This document shows, one piece after another, positions 16,559-25,486 of a stretch of DNA of 64,000 nucleotides. The notes under the pieces were generated by a model that saw nothing but the letters and a program-made list of their open reading frames with translations, had not been told where the DNA came from and ran no database searches. The DNA lies in the UHGV virus genome UHGV-0300374; one strand, written 5' to 3'. The stretch's first letter is position 1. Every line of letters starts with the position of its first letter. Made by a program: the position numbers and the translations under genes. The DNA is from a virus.

Positions 16559-17023
16559 TTAACCGAGGACTTTAGCAAGGACATTTGCAGCCATCGAAGA
16601 AGCTTTTGCAGCAGCAGCTACCCCAGCTTTGACAGTGCTATCCTTGATAGCAGATACCGTTGCAGCATCAGTAAAGAGATAAGTAGTTGTTTTAGAACCA
16701 CTTGTAAAGGAAAGCATAAGAGCAGTTTCCAGATTGAAAGAGCGATACGGAGCACCTTCTTTAACGATACCTTCAGCACCTAATTCTGAAGCCATCCCCA
16801 TATCATAGATAGTCATCAGGTTTTCTTTGTGTGCTGTGGTTGAGCCAGAACCCTTTACGTGTTTCTTAACATTCAAAAGAGCACGATACTCTCGGATGTT
16901 ACCGTCTGCTTTTACGTTGACAGCACGGAAGATTTTACCCTCAAAGTTGCTCTTGATAATGTTACGAACTACTTCAGATTTGTTTGCCGTAACGTCAAGT
17001 GCTACCGTAATGATATTGTTCAT
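16559..17023 (-). CDS. hypothetical protein (Ala-rich C-terminus)
   Basis: 154-aa ORF. Confidence 0.45.
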   Translation of the reverse strand: MNNIITVALDVTANKSEVVRNIIKSNFEGKIFRAVNVKADGNIREYRALLNVKKHVKGSGSTTAHKENLMTIYDMGMASELGAEGIVKEGAPYRSFNLETALMLSFTSGSKTTTYLFTDAATVSAIKDSTVKAGVAAAAKASSMAANVLAKVLG

Positions 17024-17033
17024 AAGTTTTCTC

Positions 17034-17729
17034 TCAATGTTTAACTAACATGGTTTTGATGTGTGGAAGGATTCTGTTCACCTTCTGCACATTCTTCTCT
17101 GTGTCTTCTATAAAACATACTATATTAAAGTAAGGCAGAATGCAAGACTGAATCATCCTCACTTTCAAACTTTCTGCACTTATAGAGTTAGTCCCAAAAC
17201 CACGCATAAAAAGCATGTAGTCATGCTCTGTGTTATGCCTTAAAAACATCTCAGTAGGTATTCTCTGAGATTCACCTCTCGCTGTCAAGAGTCCAACAGC
17301 AGCATGATTAGCAATTGCATCAATGATATTGAAAACATACGTTGGTTTTGCTCTTACAGAGTCAAGAAGATTAGTGTACTGCGAGAATGAACCGTCAGTC
17401 AATTCCGTTGAACAATCTTCGTGATTAAAATTTGTAAGAACACCATCAATATCTGCTAAGATGAGATTCCCTTTTTCTACAAGGTCTTTATTGACTATGA
17501 CTAAGCTATCACGACTTACACCTATAGTTTGTCCAGTCTCTTTATCTACAACATTCACAATTGGCTCTGATGTGTGAAACTCTTCTAGTGAACATACAAC
17601 TTCTCTTGCAGTGTCTTCAAAATCCCTACACTGTTCTGGAGTCCATACACAGGAATCAAGACCTAACTCATAAGGATGTAAGTCATAAGCGTGACACAGT
17701 ACTTCATCAGACTTTTTTAATTTTTTCAT
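17034..17729 (-). CDS. HAD-superfamily hydrolase, possibly NT5C-like 5'(3')-deoxyribonucleotidase, with N-terminal extension
   Basis: LILADIDGVLTNF (HAD motif I, DxDGV), GLLTARGES (motif II), CFIEDTEKN (motif IV-like). Confidence 0.5.
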   Translation of the reverse strand: MKKLKKSDEVLCHAYDLHPYELGLDSCVWTPEQCRDFEDTAREVVCSLEEFHTSEPIVNVVDKETGQTIGVSRDSLVIVNKDLVEKGNLILADIDGVLTNFNHEDCSTELTDGSFSQYTNLLDSVRAKPTYVFNIIDAIANHAAVGLLTARGESQRIPTEMFLRHNTEHDYMLFMRGFGTNSISAESLKVRMIQSCILPYFNIVCFIEDTEKNVQKVNRILPHIKTMLVKH

Positions 17730-18255
17730 GGTTTACCTTAGAAATGTTTGTTGCAAATTCACATTGAGCAATAACTTTCATGTTGTTATAGACATCTTGA
17801 GAATATTTCTTAGCTTTAGGGATTCTGTACGAATACCCAGCATTATATGATGCTAAAACTTTTTGTAAAGTCTTCTTTGACTTTGGCTGACCATGCACCT
17901 TTGTCCAAAACTCAAGCTCTTTGTGAGTTTCCTTCGCAGCATAATCAAAGTCTCTTAAGAGTTTCTTTTTAGCCACATTAGGGCTAATTTTGTTACGCTT
18001 TACAACAGTCTTCAAGTGATTCTGGAAAATACCATAATCATGTGTCTTTTTATTCTCTACCTTCAGACCTAACTCTGACTCTTGTAAGGCTATAGCAGCT
18101 AGAGTGATACCCCAACCTTTACCCATGTTATTCTCACCATACTGGTAAGCTTTTAACATGTTTACTTTTTGGCTAATTGATAGCTCTGGGCAGTTAACTG
18201 CATAAGATAAGTGTGCTGTAAACATTAAGCACAAACCTAGAATCAATTTCTTCAT
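17707..18255 (-). CDS. secreted lytic transglycosylase (SLT domain) with signal peptide
   Basis: N-terminal MKKLILGLCLMFTAHLSYA; SLT motifs ALQESELG (catalytic E-S), YGIFQN, LASYNAGYSY. Confidence 0.6.
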   Translation of the reverse strand: MKKLILGLCLMFTAHLSYAVNCPELSISQKVNMLKAYQYGENNMGKGWGITLAAIALQESELGLKVENKKTHDYGIFQNHLKTVVKRNKISPNVAKKKLLRDFDYAAKETHKELEFWTKVHGQPKSKKTLQKVLASYNAGYSYRIPKAKKYSQDVYNNMKVIAQCEFATNISKVNHEKIKKV

Positions 18256-18312
18256 TGGTTCTCCTGTTTAGTTTATCGTGACAACAATTATACAGTACTC
18301 TGCACAAAACAC

Positions 18313-18340
18313 AAATAAAAAAGGCCGCCGAAGCAGCCTT
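18313..18340 (-). terminator. rho-independent terminator after rIIB-like gene
   Basis: Minus-strand AAGGCTGC-TTCG-GCGGCCTT followed by TTTTTTATTT. Confidence 0.5.
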
Positions 18341-18355
18341 TTAAGAAATTACTTA

Positions 18356-19465
18356 TTAGATTTCACGTTTACGTTGGGAGATAAGTTCTCCAGCAGTACC
18401 AACGATGACATGTAAAGCTTCAGTCTTGCCATCCCATGCTTTCAGCACTTTACGTTGATTATCAACGATTGCTGCAACTTCATAACGAGACGAGCGCATC
18501 TTCATATCGTTGTAATCAGTTGGTACGGATACAACGTCTCGTGGATGGACACGAACCTTCAGAATTGTATCACCTGAGAAACAACGAACATAATCCCAAG
18601 CACCAACATGAAGACCTTGAGAGCAAGTCACGTTACGGTTATTATCAACCATCCAACGTGGCATTTCTACAATGTTACCCAAATCATTAGGTACTCTGTA
18701 GGTGTGGGAGTCAACCAGCTTGCCTTCACGAGTAGATACTTTCTTCCAACCAATGATGTAGCCTTCTTCATCAATTTCAACATCAAGGTGAGATACGAAG
18801 CCCCAAAGTTGTTCTACGGAATCTTTAGATGGGTTTTCCATCAGTTTTTCGAAGAACATCACAAGACGTTCGAAACCTTTATCTCCAGTCTTCATCATGT
18901 GAAGAATACGGTCAACCAGAGTAGAACGCATCTCAACAGCACCGTAGAATAACTTGTCACCTTTGATTGTGATAGCACCCTGAGTGAAGTTTTCGATAGA
19001 CTTACGAATGTTCATCAGTTCAAAGGCTTTCTTGAACTCACCTTTCACAACATGAACTACAATCTCTTGATAGTTCGGATGAGTAGACTCAACAATTTCA
19101 GACTCTGAACCGTAAGTCATAATTACAGAGTCACCAGTAATCATGTACTCAATCTTGTCATCTTTCTGCATAGCTTCATGCAGTTTATTTACTGGAGCTT
19201 TCTGTACAGCATCTTTAACAACCTTTTCAACTGGTTTGCCAGCTTTCTTTTTAAAAGTCTTAGCAACTTGCTTCAAAGTCTTCGTAGCTGGTGTAGAAGT
19301 CGCCTTCTTCTTCCCTTTTAAGGTTGCTTCATGACGCTCTACAGCACGACCAACTGAACGGGTTGAAGTATTGAACTTCTGTGCAATAGCTGTTTTAGTC
19401 AGCTTACCTTCTTTAACCAGTTTGTAAATTTCTGCGTCAATCTGTGCTTTAGTTTTAGTAGTCAT
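18356..19465 (-). CDS. rIIB: rIIB-like protein (assigned by position downstream of rIIA; weak)
   Basis: 369-aa ORF immediately downstream of the rIIA-like gene, same strand. Confidence 0.45.
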   Translation of the reverse strand: MTTKTKAQIDAEIYKLVKEGKLTKTAIAQKFNTSTRSVGRAVERHEATLKGKKKATSTPATKTLKQVAKTFKKKAGKPVEKVVKDAVQKAPVNKLHEAMQKDDKIEYMITGDSVIMTYGSESEIVESTHPNYQEIVVHVVKGEFKKAFELMNIRKSIENFTQGAITIKGDKLFYGAVEMRSTLVDRILHMMKTGDKGFERLVMFFEKLMENPSKDSVEQLWGFVSHLDVEIDEEGYIIGWKKVSTREGKLVDSHTYRVPNDLGNIVEMPRWMVDNNRNVTCSQGLHVGAWDYVRCFSGDTILKVRVHPRDVVSVPTDYNDMKMRSSRYEVAAIVDNQRKVLKAWDGKTEALHVIVGTAGELISQRKREI

Positions 19466-19544
19466 CTTATTACTCTCTCTTGTTAGTTAATAAATCATTT
19501 TGTAAGGCTATTCTAAGGGGCTTCAAAGCCCCTTGTCAAACACT

Positions 19545-21911
19545 TTAATCGTAAATTGTAGTCCCTTCTGGAACACACTTCACATCAAAGCCTAAGAACT
19601 TACTCACTTCGATGGGTGACACTTTATTCCAATCTAAATGAGAAAGCAAGAAGTTTTCTTGTTTTCTTTTTGAAAGGTAGTTTGTCACCTTAATGACCAT
19701 GCGGTCACCAGCTTTCTTAATTTTCTTGTACAGCTTTGTATCATTGTCAAGGCAGTCTTTCAAAGTTTGCAACCTACTAATAGTGTAAGTATATGCAAAC
19801 GGTGCAGCAACGTATTGGATTTTACCAAACATTGCCTCTACAGCATCTTCATTACCTTCTAAGAAGATAGTTTTGTTTGTATCCCGTGAATAACAATAGC
19901 CACGAGAAATCTTCCTGTTATTGAACGTAAAGTTTCTGGCAATAATCCAACTGCTTGTAAGGTCGAGGACACCATTCATATAGATACGTGTCATATACCT
20001 GTTATGATTAATCCAATGAACATCAGTTAAGCTGTCGTTCAAGAGTTTCTCATCTACTTCAATCCAGTCTTCTGGTATCTTTTTCCAATTTGCTTTTCGG
20101 AAAACATAGACTGTCTTACCTGTAACATTAGCAACTGACTTAGCTACATCTTCTGGAGATGAGCAAAAACATTCACCATCAACTGTGTCACCGACTGCCT
20201 TAATGTAAAGCTGAGGTTCTTCAATTGTGTCAAAGTCCTCTGAAACCTCTTTATAGGAAGCTACACCTTCTGCTGGAACAGCTTTCCAGAGTTTTACAAC
20301 ACCTCTTACAGCTTCTTTACGCTGATAGTGATGTTCCTTATCAGACATCTTCACAATCTTTAACAAGCTTTTATCAAGTTTGTGTAGATTGATTAGGTCG
20401 TCTAACTCTTTTTCAGTCGAGAATACAAACACAATACCATTATATCTGTGAAACAGACTTGACTCACTGGCGTAGTCTCGACATGCACCACGCAGAATCT
20501 GATTGCGGCCTACAGTCTTTTCAGTACCGTTTTTATTGCGACGGTCATTAATCACGAACAAAAACTGTTCAATTTGGCTTTTACGCATTGCACCAAAGAT
20601 ATTGAACATGCTCGCCTCTTGAGTGTAGGAAAGTGCTGTTGCACGAATCTTACTCTCTAAAGAGTTGAACTTAACATAAGCAACTGGATTGTATAGGTAG
20701 TCCACTTTAGGAATGTTGTTTCCTTTACTGTCAACCTTAATATTACCTTTGCCGTCACGTTCATAGATGACTGAGCCGTCCTCTGCGTAGATAATTCCAC
20801 GACGAATGTTTAGTAATTCTTCTTCCAGAGAATCAAGCTTAACACCTCCCCACTCTAGCTTTGGACACACAACATTAAACATCTCTCGTGAGTTCAAGCG
20901 TAACTCAGCATAAGCCTGTGCAGCATCCATGAGTGTAGGTTGACTATTAACTTTCTTGATAACATCCTTTGTAATTGCTTCAGTTATCTTTTTAGTAGCC
21001 TCGATGATAACATTTTTTGTCGTGTCATTCATCTGCAATGCTTCACGAGAAGCTGCAATAGCAACTGAACCAATAGGCATGTAGATGTTTACAAGGTCTA
21101 TGCTCCTGCGGAAAAATTCTGGTAATACTTTGAAGAAATCATCACCAAGTAATGCCTCCATATTAACTGGGTAGGCAATATTACCCATAACCACGTTAAA
21201 CTCTGTTCTATTGCTGCTTGAACGCCAGCTATGCTTATGAGTCATGGCATCATAGACACCTTCTTCACGAGCAATCACATCCATATCCGCTAATATATCA
21301 TTATACTCCACATTACTCTCTGGTTTTACAGCAAAGTATGAGTATACATTACCAGCCTCTTCAAAGAACTTTGAAATACGGTGGTCAGCAACTGCCACAC
21401 GTACAGCTAAACCATTAGGTTCTTTTGTTGGGTTAGTGGTCAGTTTAGTTACTTGAGGGATACCATTCTCAAGATAAACAGAGTACTTATTAACAACACC
21501 GTCAACATAGCTAGACACTGTGAATGACTGAGCAATTGCAAATGGTGATTTTGAGCCGATACCCATTGCACCAATGTAGTCATTAGAGTCATTCTTCGTA
21601 GAAGCCCCATAGTTTAGGTACAAACTCATAACTTTATCATGAGTTAATCCAGTTCCAAAATCACGAACTTCAAAGTAAGGCTCAAAACGAGTAGGCAAAT
21701 GCACATGGAACGGGATGTTCTCTTTTCCAGCCTCTTTCTGAGCATCTACTGCGTTACATGACAGTTCACGAATCACTGCCCTTTCTTTAAAGGTATATAC
21801 ACCAGAACTCAAAAGGCTGAACATTTCAGGTGTCATTGTAATCTGTGCTTGAGACGTCTCTAAAGAAGTTGAACTCTTAATCACTTCTGCGTGGTCGTTT
21901 ACCATGCGCAT
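19545..21911 (-). CDS. rIIA: rIIA-like protein with N-terminal GHKL/Bergerat-fold ATPase domain
   Basis: 788 aa; N-box RELSCNAVDA, G1 RDFGTGLT, G2 GAMGIGSKS; size and pairing with downstream gene fit rIIA/rIIB. Confidence 0.6.
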   Translation of the reverse strand: MRMVNDHAEVIKSSTSLETSQAQITMTPEMFSLLSSGVYTFKERAVIRELSCNAVDAQKEAGKENIPFHVHLPTRFEPYFEVRDFGTGLTHDKVMSLYLNYGASTKNDSNDYIGAMGIGSKSPFAIAQSFTVSSYVDGVVNKYSVYLENGIPQVTKLTTNPTKEPNGLAVRVAVADHRISKFFEEAGNVYSYFAVKPESNVEYNDILADMDVIAREEGVYDAMTHKHSWRSSSNRTEFNVVMGNIAYPVNMEALLGDDFFKVLPEFFRRSIDLVNIYMPIGSVAIAASREALQMNDTTKNVIIEATKKITEAITKDVIKKVNSQPTLMDAAQAYAELRLNSREMFNVVCPKLEWGGVKLDSLEEELLNIRRGIIYAEDGSVIYERDGKGNIKVDSKGNNIPKVDYLYNPVAYVKFNSLESKIRATALSYTQEASMFNIFGAMRKSQIEQFLFVINDRRNKNGTEKTVGRNQILRGACRDYASESSLFHRYNGIVFVFSTEKELDDLINLHKLDKSLLKIVKMSDKEHHYQRKEAVRGVVKLWKAVPAEGVASYKEVSEDFDTIEEPQLYIKAVGDTVDGECFCSSPEDVAKSVANVTGKTVYVFRKANWKKIPEDWIEVDEKLLNDSLTDVHWINHNRYMTRIYMNGVLDLTSSWIIARNFTFNNRKISRGYCYSRDTNKTIFLEGNEDAVEAMFGKIQYVAAPFAYTYTISRLQTLKDCLDNDTKLYKKIKKAGDRMVIKVTNYLSKRKQENFLLSHLDWNKVSPIEVSKFLGFDVKCVPEGTTIYD

Positions 21912-21939
21912 AATACTTTCCTCTCAGTTTACTGTTAAA

Positions 21940-22116
21940 TTACTTATTAAACATTTTACCAGAACCACCACACATAGGGCAACATCCTGCCCTTATGTAC
22001 CCCTCTCCATTACAGTAGTCACATTTTTTGTGCTCTGCAAAGTACTTACAAAGGAGGTAAACAAATACTGCTACACTACCAAGTGACAGTAAAATTTCTA
22101 TCCAATATGCTTGCAT
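21940..22116 (-). CDS. hypothetical small membrane zinc-ribbon protein (58 aa)
   Basis: Below the track cut-off; MQAYWIEILLSLGSVAVFVYLL... then CDYC...CPMCGG; RBS GAGG upstream. Confidence 0.3.
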   Translation of the reverse strand: MQAYWIEILLSLGSVAVFVYLLCKYFAEHKKCDYCNGEGYIRAGCCPMCGGSGKMFNK

Positions 22117-22433
22117 GACTCACCTCTCATATTCTTGTAAAGGATAAAGCTTCTGTCATGGACAATACTTGTAGACACTGCAAAGTTACTTTCAAGCATC
22201 TGTTTGTTTGGATTGTAGAAGCTTTCTTTAAACTCGTCAAGTGCAAATTGGTGGTTGTCTGGAAGACCTTTTACACAAACCTTTATTGTGATTGCTGCTG
22301 CAACCTTACCAGTCAGTTCTTCTTTAGCTGCTACTAAAATTTTGTTAAGAAACTTTTTACCATCTTCAGGTTTCTTAATGTTTTCCCAACGTTCTTCTAG
22401 GACAATGTTAATGTTCATCTCTTTGATTTTCAT
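22098..22433 (-). CDS. hypothetical protein
   Basis: 111-aa ORF downstream of the Nampt-like gene. Confidence 0.4.
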   Translation of the reverse strand: MKIKEMNINIVLEERWENIKKPEDGKKFLNKILVAAKEELTGKVAAAITIKVCVKGLPDNHQFALDEFKESFYNPNKQMLESNFAVSTSIVHDRSFILYKNMRGESCKHIG

Positions 22434-22446
22434 AGTCTTCTCCAGA

Positions 22447-22473
22447 AATTAAAAAAGGCTCCCGTAGGAGCCT
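22447..22473 (-). terminator. rho-independent terminator after Nampt-like gene
   Basis: Minus-strand AGGCTCC-TACG-GGAGCCT followed by TTTTTTAATTT. Confidence 0.55.
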
Positions 22474-22487
22474 CTTATCATATACTT

Positions 22488-24269
22488 TTAAAGCTGCTTG
22501 TCAATATTATTTCGAATATCACCAAGAGTTGTGTAGCCGAACTGCTCAGAGTCACTAAAGACTAGACGTAAAGCACAAGCTGGGTGTTCAAGTGCATCTG
22601 CAAAGCTCTGGAACCCATAGCCATCTACAGCTTTCAGCTTATCACCATCCCACATAGGCGCTACACCACCAAAGGCAGATTTCTTAACACCACTATCTGT
22701 TTTAGGGTCTTTTGCAAGCATAATCTCTTTACCACCAATGCTTGCAAGAGTTGCTTTGACAGCAAATGCAAAGGTGTCACGAGTCATGTACTGGTAAGTG
22801 TAAGAGCCTACACCAAACACTACGTTAGAGCTTGCAAAACCCATTTCATACAGACGCTTCAGGATTTCGTTTGCACGTTCCAGCGTGATAGAGTCGCCAT
22901 AAATAAGTCCAATATGCTCATCCAGTACTTTAAAGCCTTTAGAGTTAATAGTTCCCCCAAAGATGTTGTACAGTGTCTTAATAGCTCCATCAATCTCAGC
23001 TACAGGACGTGTTACAACGTTTGCAGAACCAACCATATAAGCATTTTTCAACATCACTGTATCAGCAACTTCAAAGTCTTCTCTGTCAACAACCATCTCG
23101 TAGCCTTCTGACAGTAGCCATCCAGCAATACCATAGTTGATGTTCTCAAGCTTCATGTTCAGAACAGCATTCAACATTGTGTCACTGGCTTCCAGCTTGC
23201 TTAGGTGCTCGTAATAAGCCTTCTTAGCACATTCTAAGTGGATTGCTTTATAACCTGTGACAATATGTACAGGGTCTCCAGAGTCAGGACGAATTACCAG
23301 TTTGCCATCACGTTCCATAATTTCTTTACGGAGTGCTGGTAAAATTTCTGACACAGTTCTCCAGAAGTTATAAGTGTCTGAAACAACACTTGCAATACCA
23401 GTTGGGTAAGTTTCTGTTAAGAAACGACGGAAGGTTTGTAACTCACCTTTAAAGCGTCTTTCTTCTTCAATCAACTCATTACCACCTTCCCAAGCAATGT
23501 TTGCACACATTACAGAGTGTTCAGTGGCTGGTACAGAACTACCAATATCAGAGATTGGGTAAGACTGTCCATAGATGCGTTTAGCCGTGTATACAGCAGG
23601 GAAGCTATCGGTTCCTTTAAAGCTGGTTAAGTGACCTACAGCGTTAAATGCGTCATCAGTAAAGCCGGACATACCACGCATAGCAAAGTCGTGACACTGA
23701 TAAGGTAAATGTAGGTCGTTGTCACAAGTAAGGTCAGCCCACTTCTTACATATACGTTTGTAGTGCAATGCAATAGTCGCAATGGTGCAAGCCTTCCAAA
23801 TCTCAGCAGAGAAAGCATCTTCCAGATAACCTGCTACCCAATGGAAGCCTGAAACAGTGTTCTGGAAGACAATCATTGGGACACGCATCGGGACAACTGT
23901 ACCTTCTTCTACAGCATATACTTCAACTGGTAGATAACCTAAATCGTGGAGTGCTTCCCAATGCTCTCGACCGATAGCATCTTTGCCCAGAACACCATTC
24001 ATGACTTCTAAGATTTCGTCAATTGCTTCTTTTTTGTCACGTTCAAAGAACGTAGCATTCCAGTGGTCTATCAAGTAATCTTTAACAAAACGTTGAATAC
24101 CAAAAGCGACTACACCATCAATTGCTAATGGACTGTTAAACCATTTGTTGCTACGTGGTGTCAGGTTGAACATCAAATATTCTGTTGCACTAGGGTACTG
24201 GTAAACATGACCAGATTTGTAAGCATCTGCGTTTAAACCTGCTGGTACTGCATAAAGTGATTTAGTCAT
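22488..24269 (-). CDS. nicotinamide phosphoribosyltransferase family protein (Nampt/NadV-like; candidate Namat of NAD+ reconstitution pathway 1)
   Basis: 593 aa; N-terminus ...NADAYKSGHVYQYPSATEYLMFNLTPRS typical of the NAMPT family; adjacent to a Prs-like gene. Confidence 0.85.
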   Translation of the reverse strand: MTKSLYAVPAGLNADAYKSGHVYQYPSATEYLMFNLTPRSNKWFNSPLAIDGVVAFGIQRFVKDYLIDHWNATFFERDKKEAIDEILEVMNGVLGKDAIGREHWEALHDLGYLPVEVYAVEEGTVVPMRVPMIVFQNTVSGFHWVAGYLEDAFSAEIWKACTIATIALHYKRICKKWADLTCDNDLHLPYQCHDFAMRGMSGFTDDAFNAVGHLTSFKGTDSFPAVYTAKRIYGQSYPISDIGSSVPATEHSVMCANIAWEGGNELIEEERRFKGELQTFRRFLTETYPTGIASVVSDTYNFWRTVSEILPALRKEIMERDGKLVIRPDSGDPVHIVTGYKAIHLECAKKAYYEHLSKLEASDTMLNAVLNMKLENINYGIAGWLLSEGYEMVVDREDFEVADTVMLKNAYMVGSANVVTRPVAEIDGAIKTLYNIFGGTINSKGFKVLDEHIGLIYGDSITLERANEILKRLYEMGFASSNVVFGVGSYTYQYMTRDTFAFAVKATLASIGGKEIMLAKDPKTDSGVKKSAFGGVAPMWDGDKLKAVDGYGFQSFADALEHPACALRLVFSDSEQFGYTTLGDIRNNIDKQL

Positions 24270-24314
24270 CTTTTAATCTCTCTCAAAATGGGGCTTTCAA
24301 GCCCCTATAAACTT

Positions 24315-25196
24315 TCAATCAAGGTTTGCTACAGTAACTTGACCATAATGTGTTAAGCCACGGTCTTTAGCTTCGCCTAAAGAGTTTGTAGTGTAAATAT
24401 GGTCGATACCATTGTCAAGAAGGTTTTCAACACCTTTAGAGAAGATACCATGTGTTACATAAAGCTCAACACGTTTTGCACCTGCTTCACGAAGATGTTT
24501 AGCTGCTTCTATGAAGGTTCGACCACCATCACAGATATCATCAAGAATCATAACAGTTTTATCTGTCAAATCAACATCATCAAGGATTCGCATACCAGTA
24601 ATTTCTCCAGTCTTAAGATTTCGCACCTTAGACATTGTGATATATGGTTTATCCACCTCTTTAGCAGTCTCTGCAATCTTCTTAGAAGCACCTGCATCTG
24701 GGGCTACTAAGTAATCAACCAGTGGGTCATTTGCATAGTGGACTGCAATTTCCTTTTGAGGAATACTCTGGAAGCAGTTAAACAGGTTATCTGGTGCATA
24801 ACTGTGAGGGTCAACTGCACAGACTGCACCAAACCCCATTGCATTGACCTGTTTAGCAAAAACCTTTAAAGCTGCTGCATCACCTTTAAACATGTGACGG
24901 TCGTATCGTGCATTTGGCAAGTAGTAAAAAATGACAGTCTTCAGGGCATAATCATGAGGAACTAAATCGTCAATTGCTTCTTTAGCCAGTGCCACAGCAA
25001 ACAGTGTGTCTTTGTCATAACCCTTTACAATCATAACCACATTGTTAATAGATGATGCTGCATAAGCAGTAAAATCAACAAGCTCTTGTGAAAAGTGGCC
25101 ACCAATCTCACCAGAAGGGAATTGGATGATGTTAAACTCTTCTTCATGAGTTCCTTTAGTCGGTGAATGAATTGTGACACGGATAGATGTTTTCAT
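24315..25196 (-). CDS. ribose-phosphate pyrophosphokinase family protein (Prs-like; candidate Adps of NAD+ reconstitution pathway 1)
   Basis: FPSGEIGG near the N-terminus and PRTase loop VMILDDICDGGRT; start trimmed to ATG 25196 (RBS AGAGGAAA), the track start being a TTG. Confidence 0.8.
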   Translation of the reverse strand: MKTSIRVTIHSPTKGTHEEEFNIIQFPSGEIGGHFSQELVDFTAYAASSINNVVMIVKGYDKDTLFAVALAKEAIDDLVPHDYALKTVIFYYLPNARYDRHMFKGDAAALKVFAKQVNAMGFGAVCAVDPHSYAPDNLFNCFQSIPQKEIAVHYANDPLVDYLVAPDAGASKKIAETAKEVDKPYITMSKVRNLKTGEITGMRILDDVDLTDKTVMILDDICDGGRTFIEAAKHLREAGAKRVELYVTHGIFSKGVENLLDNGIDHIYTTNSLGEAKDRGLTHYGQVTVANLD

Positions 25197-25207
25197 AGTT
25201 TCCTCTC

Positions 25208-25486
25208 TCAATCAAAAGTTACGTTTGTTACTGCCATTGCAGATTTGCATTTTACAGGGTCTACAACGTGGTAAAGTACACTACAGTTACCTGTGCTGTC
25301 TGGTACAGGCTTTACCCATTGCTGCTTTATAGTTGGCTCTCCTAAGTCTTTGTAAGAACCATCTGTAAAGTTGTTTACCATCTCAAGTGCAATTGGTTCT
25401 GGAACATGACCACGTATCATGTACATCTCACAACCATTACCTCCTTCACTGACTAATGGTAAAATCTCCCACTTTTCTTTAGCCAT
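25208..25486 (-). CDS. hypothetical protein
   Basis: 92-aa ORF directly upstream of the Prs-like gene. Confidence 0.4.
   Translation of the reverse strand: MAKEKWEILPLVSEGGNGCEMYMIRGHVPEPIALEMVNNFTDGSYKDLGEPTIKQQWVKPVPDSTGNCSVLYHVVDPVKCKSAMAVTNVTFD

Noticed and set aside
19545-21911. Topoisomerase II / gyrase B-type ATPase subunit instead of rIIA
   Set aside because: The GHKL ATPase motifs are shared, but the protein lacks a recognisable TOPRIM or transducer region and is followed by an rIIB-sized partner gene; rIIA is favoured but not proven.
22584-23111. Plus-strand ORF of 175 aa inside the Nampt-like gene
   Set aside because: Antisense to a long gene with clear family motifs; the same applies to other antisense track ORFs such as 18436-18952, 21218-21418, 33282-33581, 43916-44764 and 45620-46015.
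22488-25196. Classical NadV + NMNAT (NARP2-type) NAD+ salvage
   Set aside because: No nucleotidyltransferase with an HxGH motif was found in the window, and the partner gene is Prs-like; an NMNAT elsewhere in the genome cannot be excluded.
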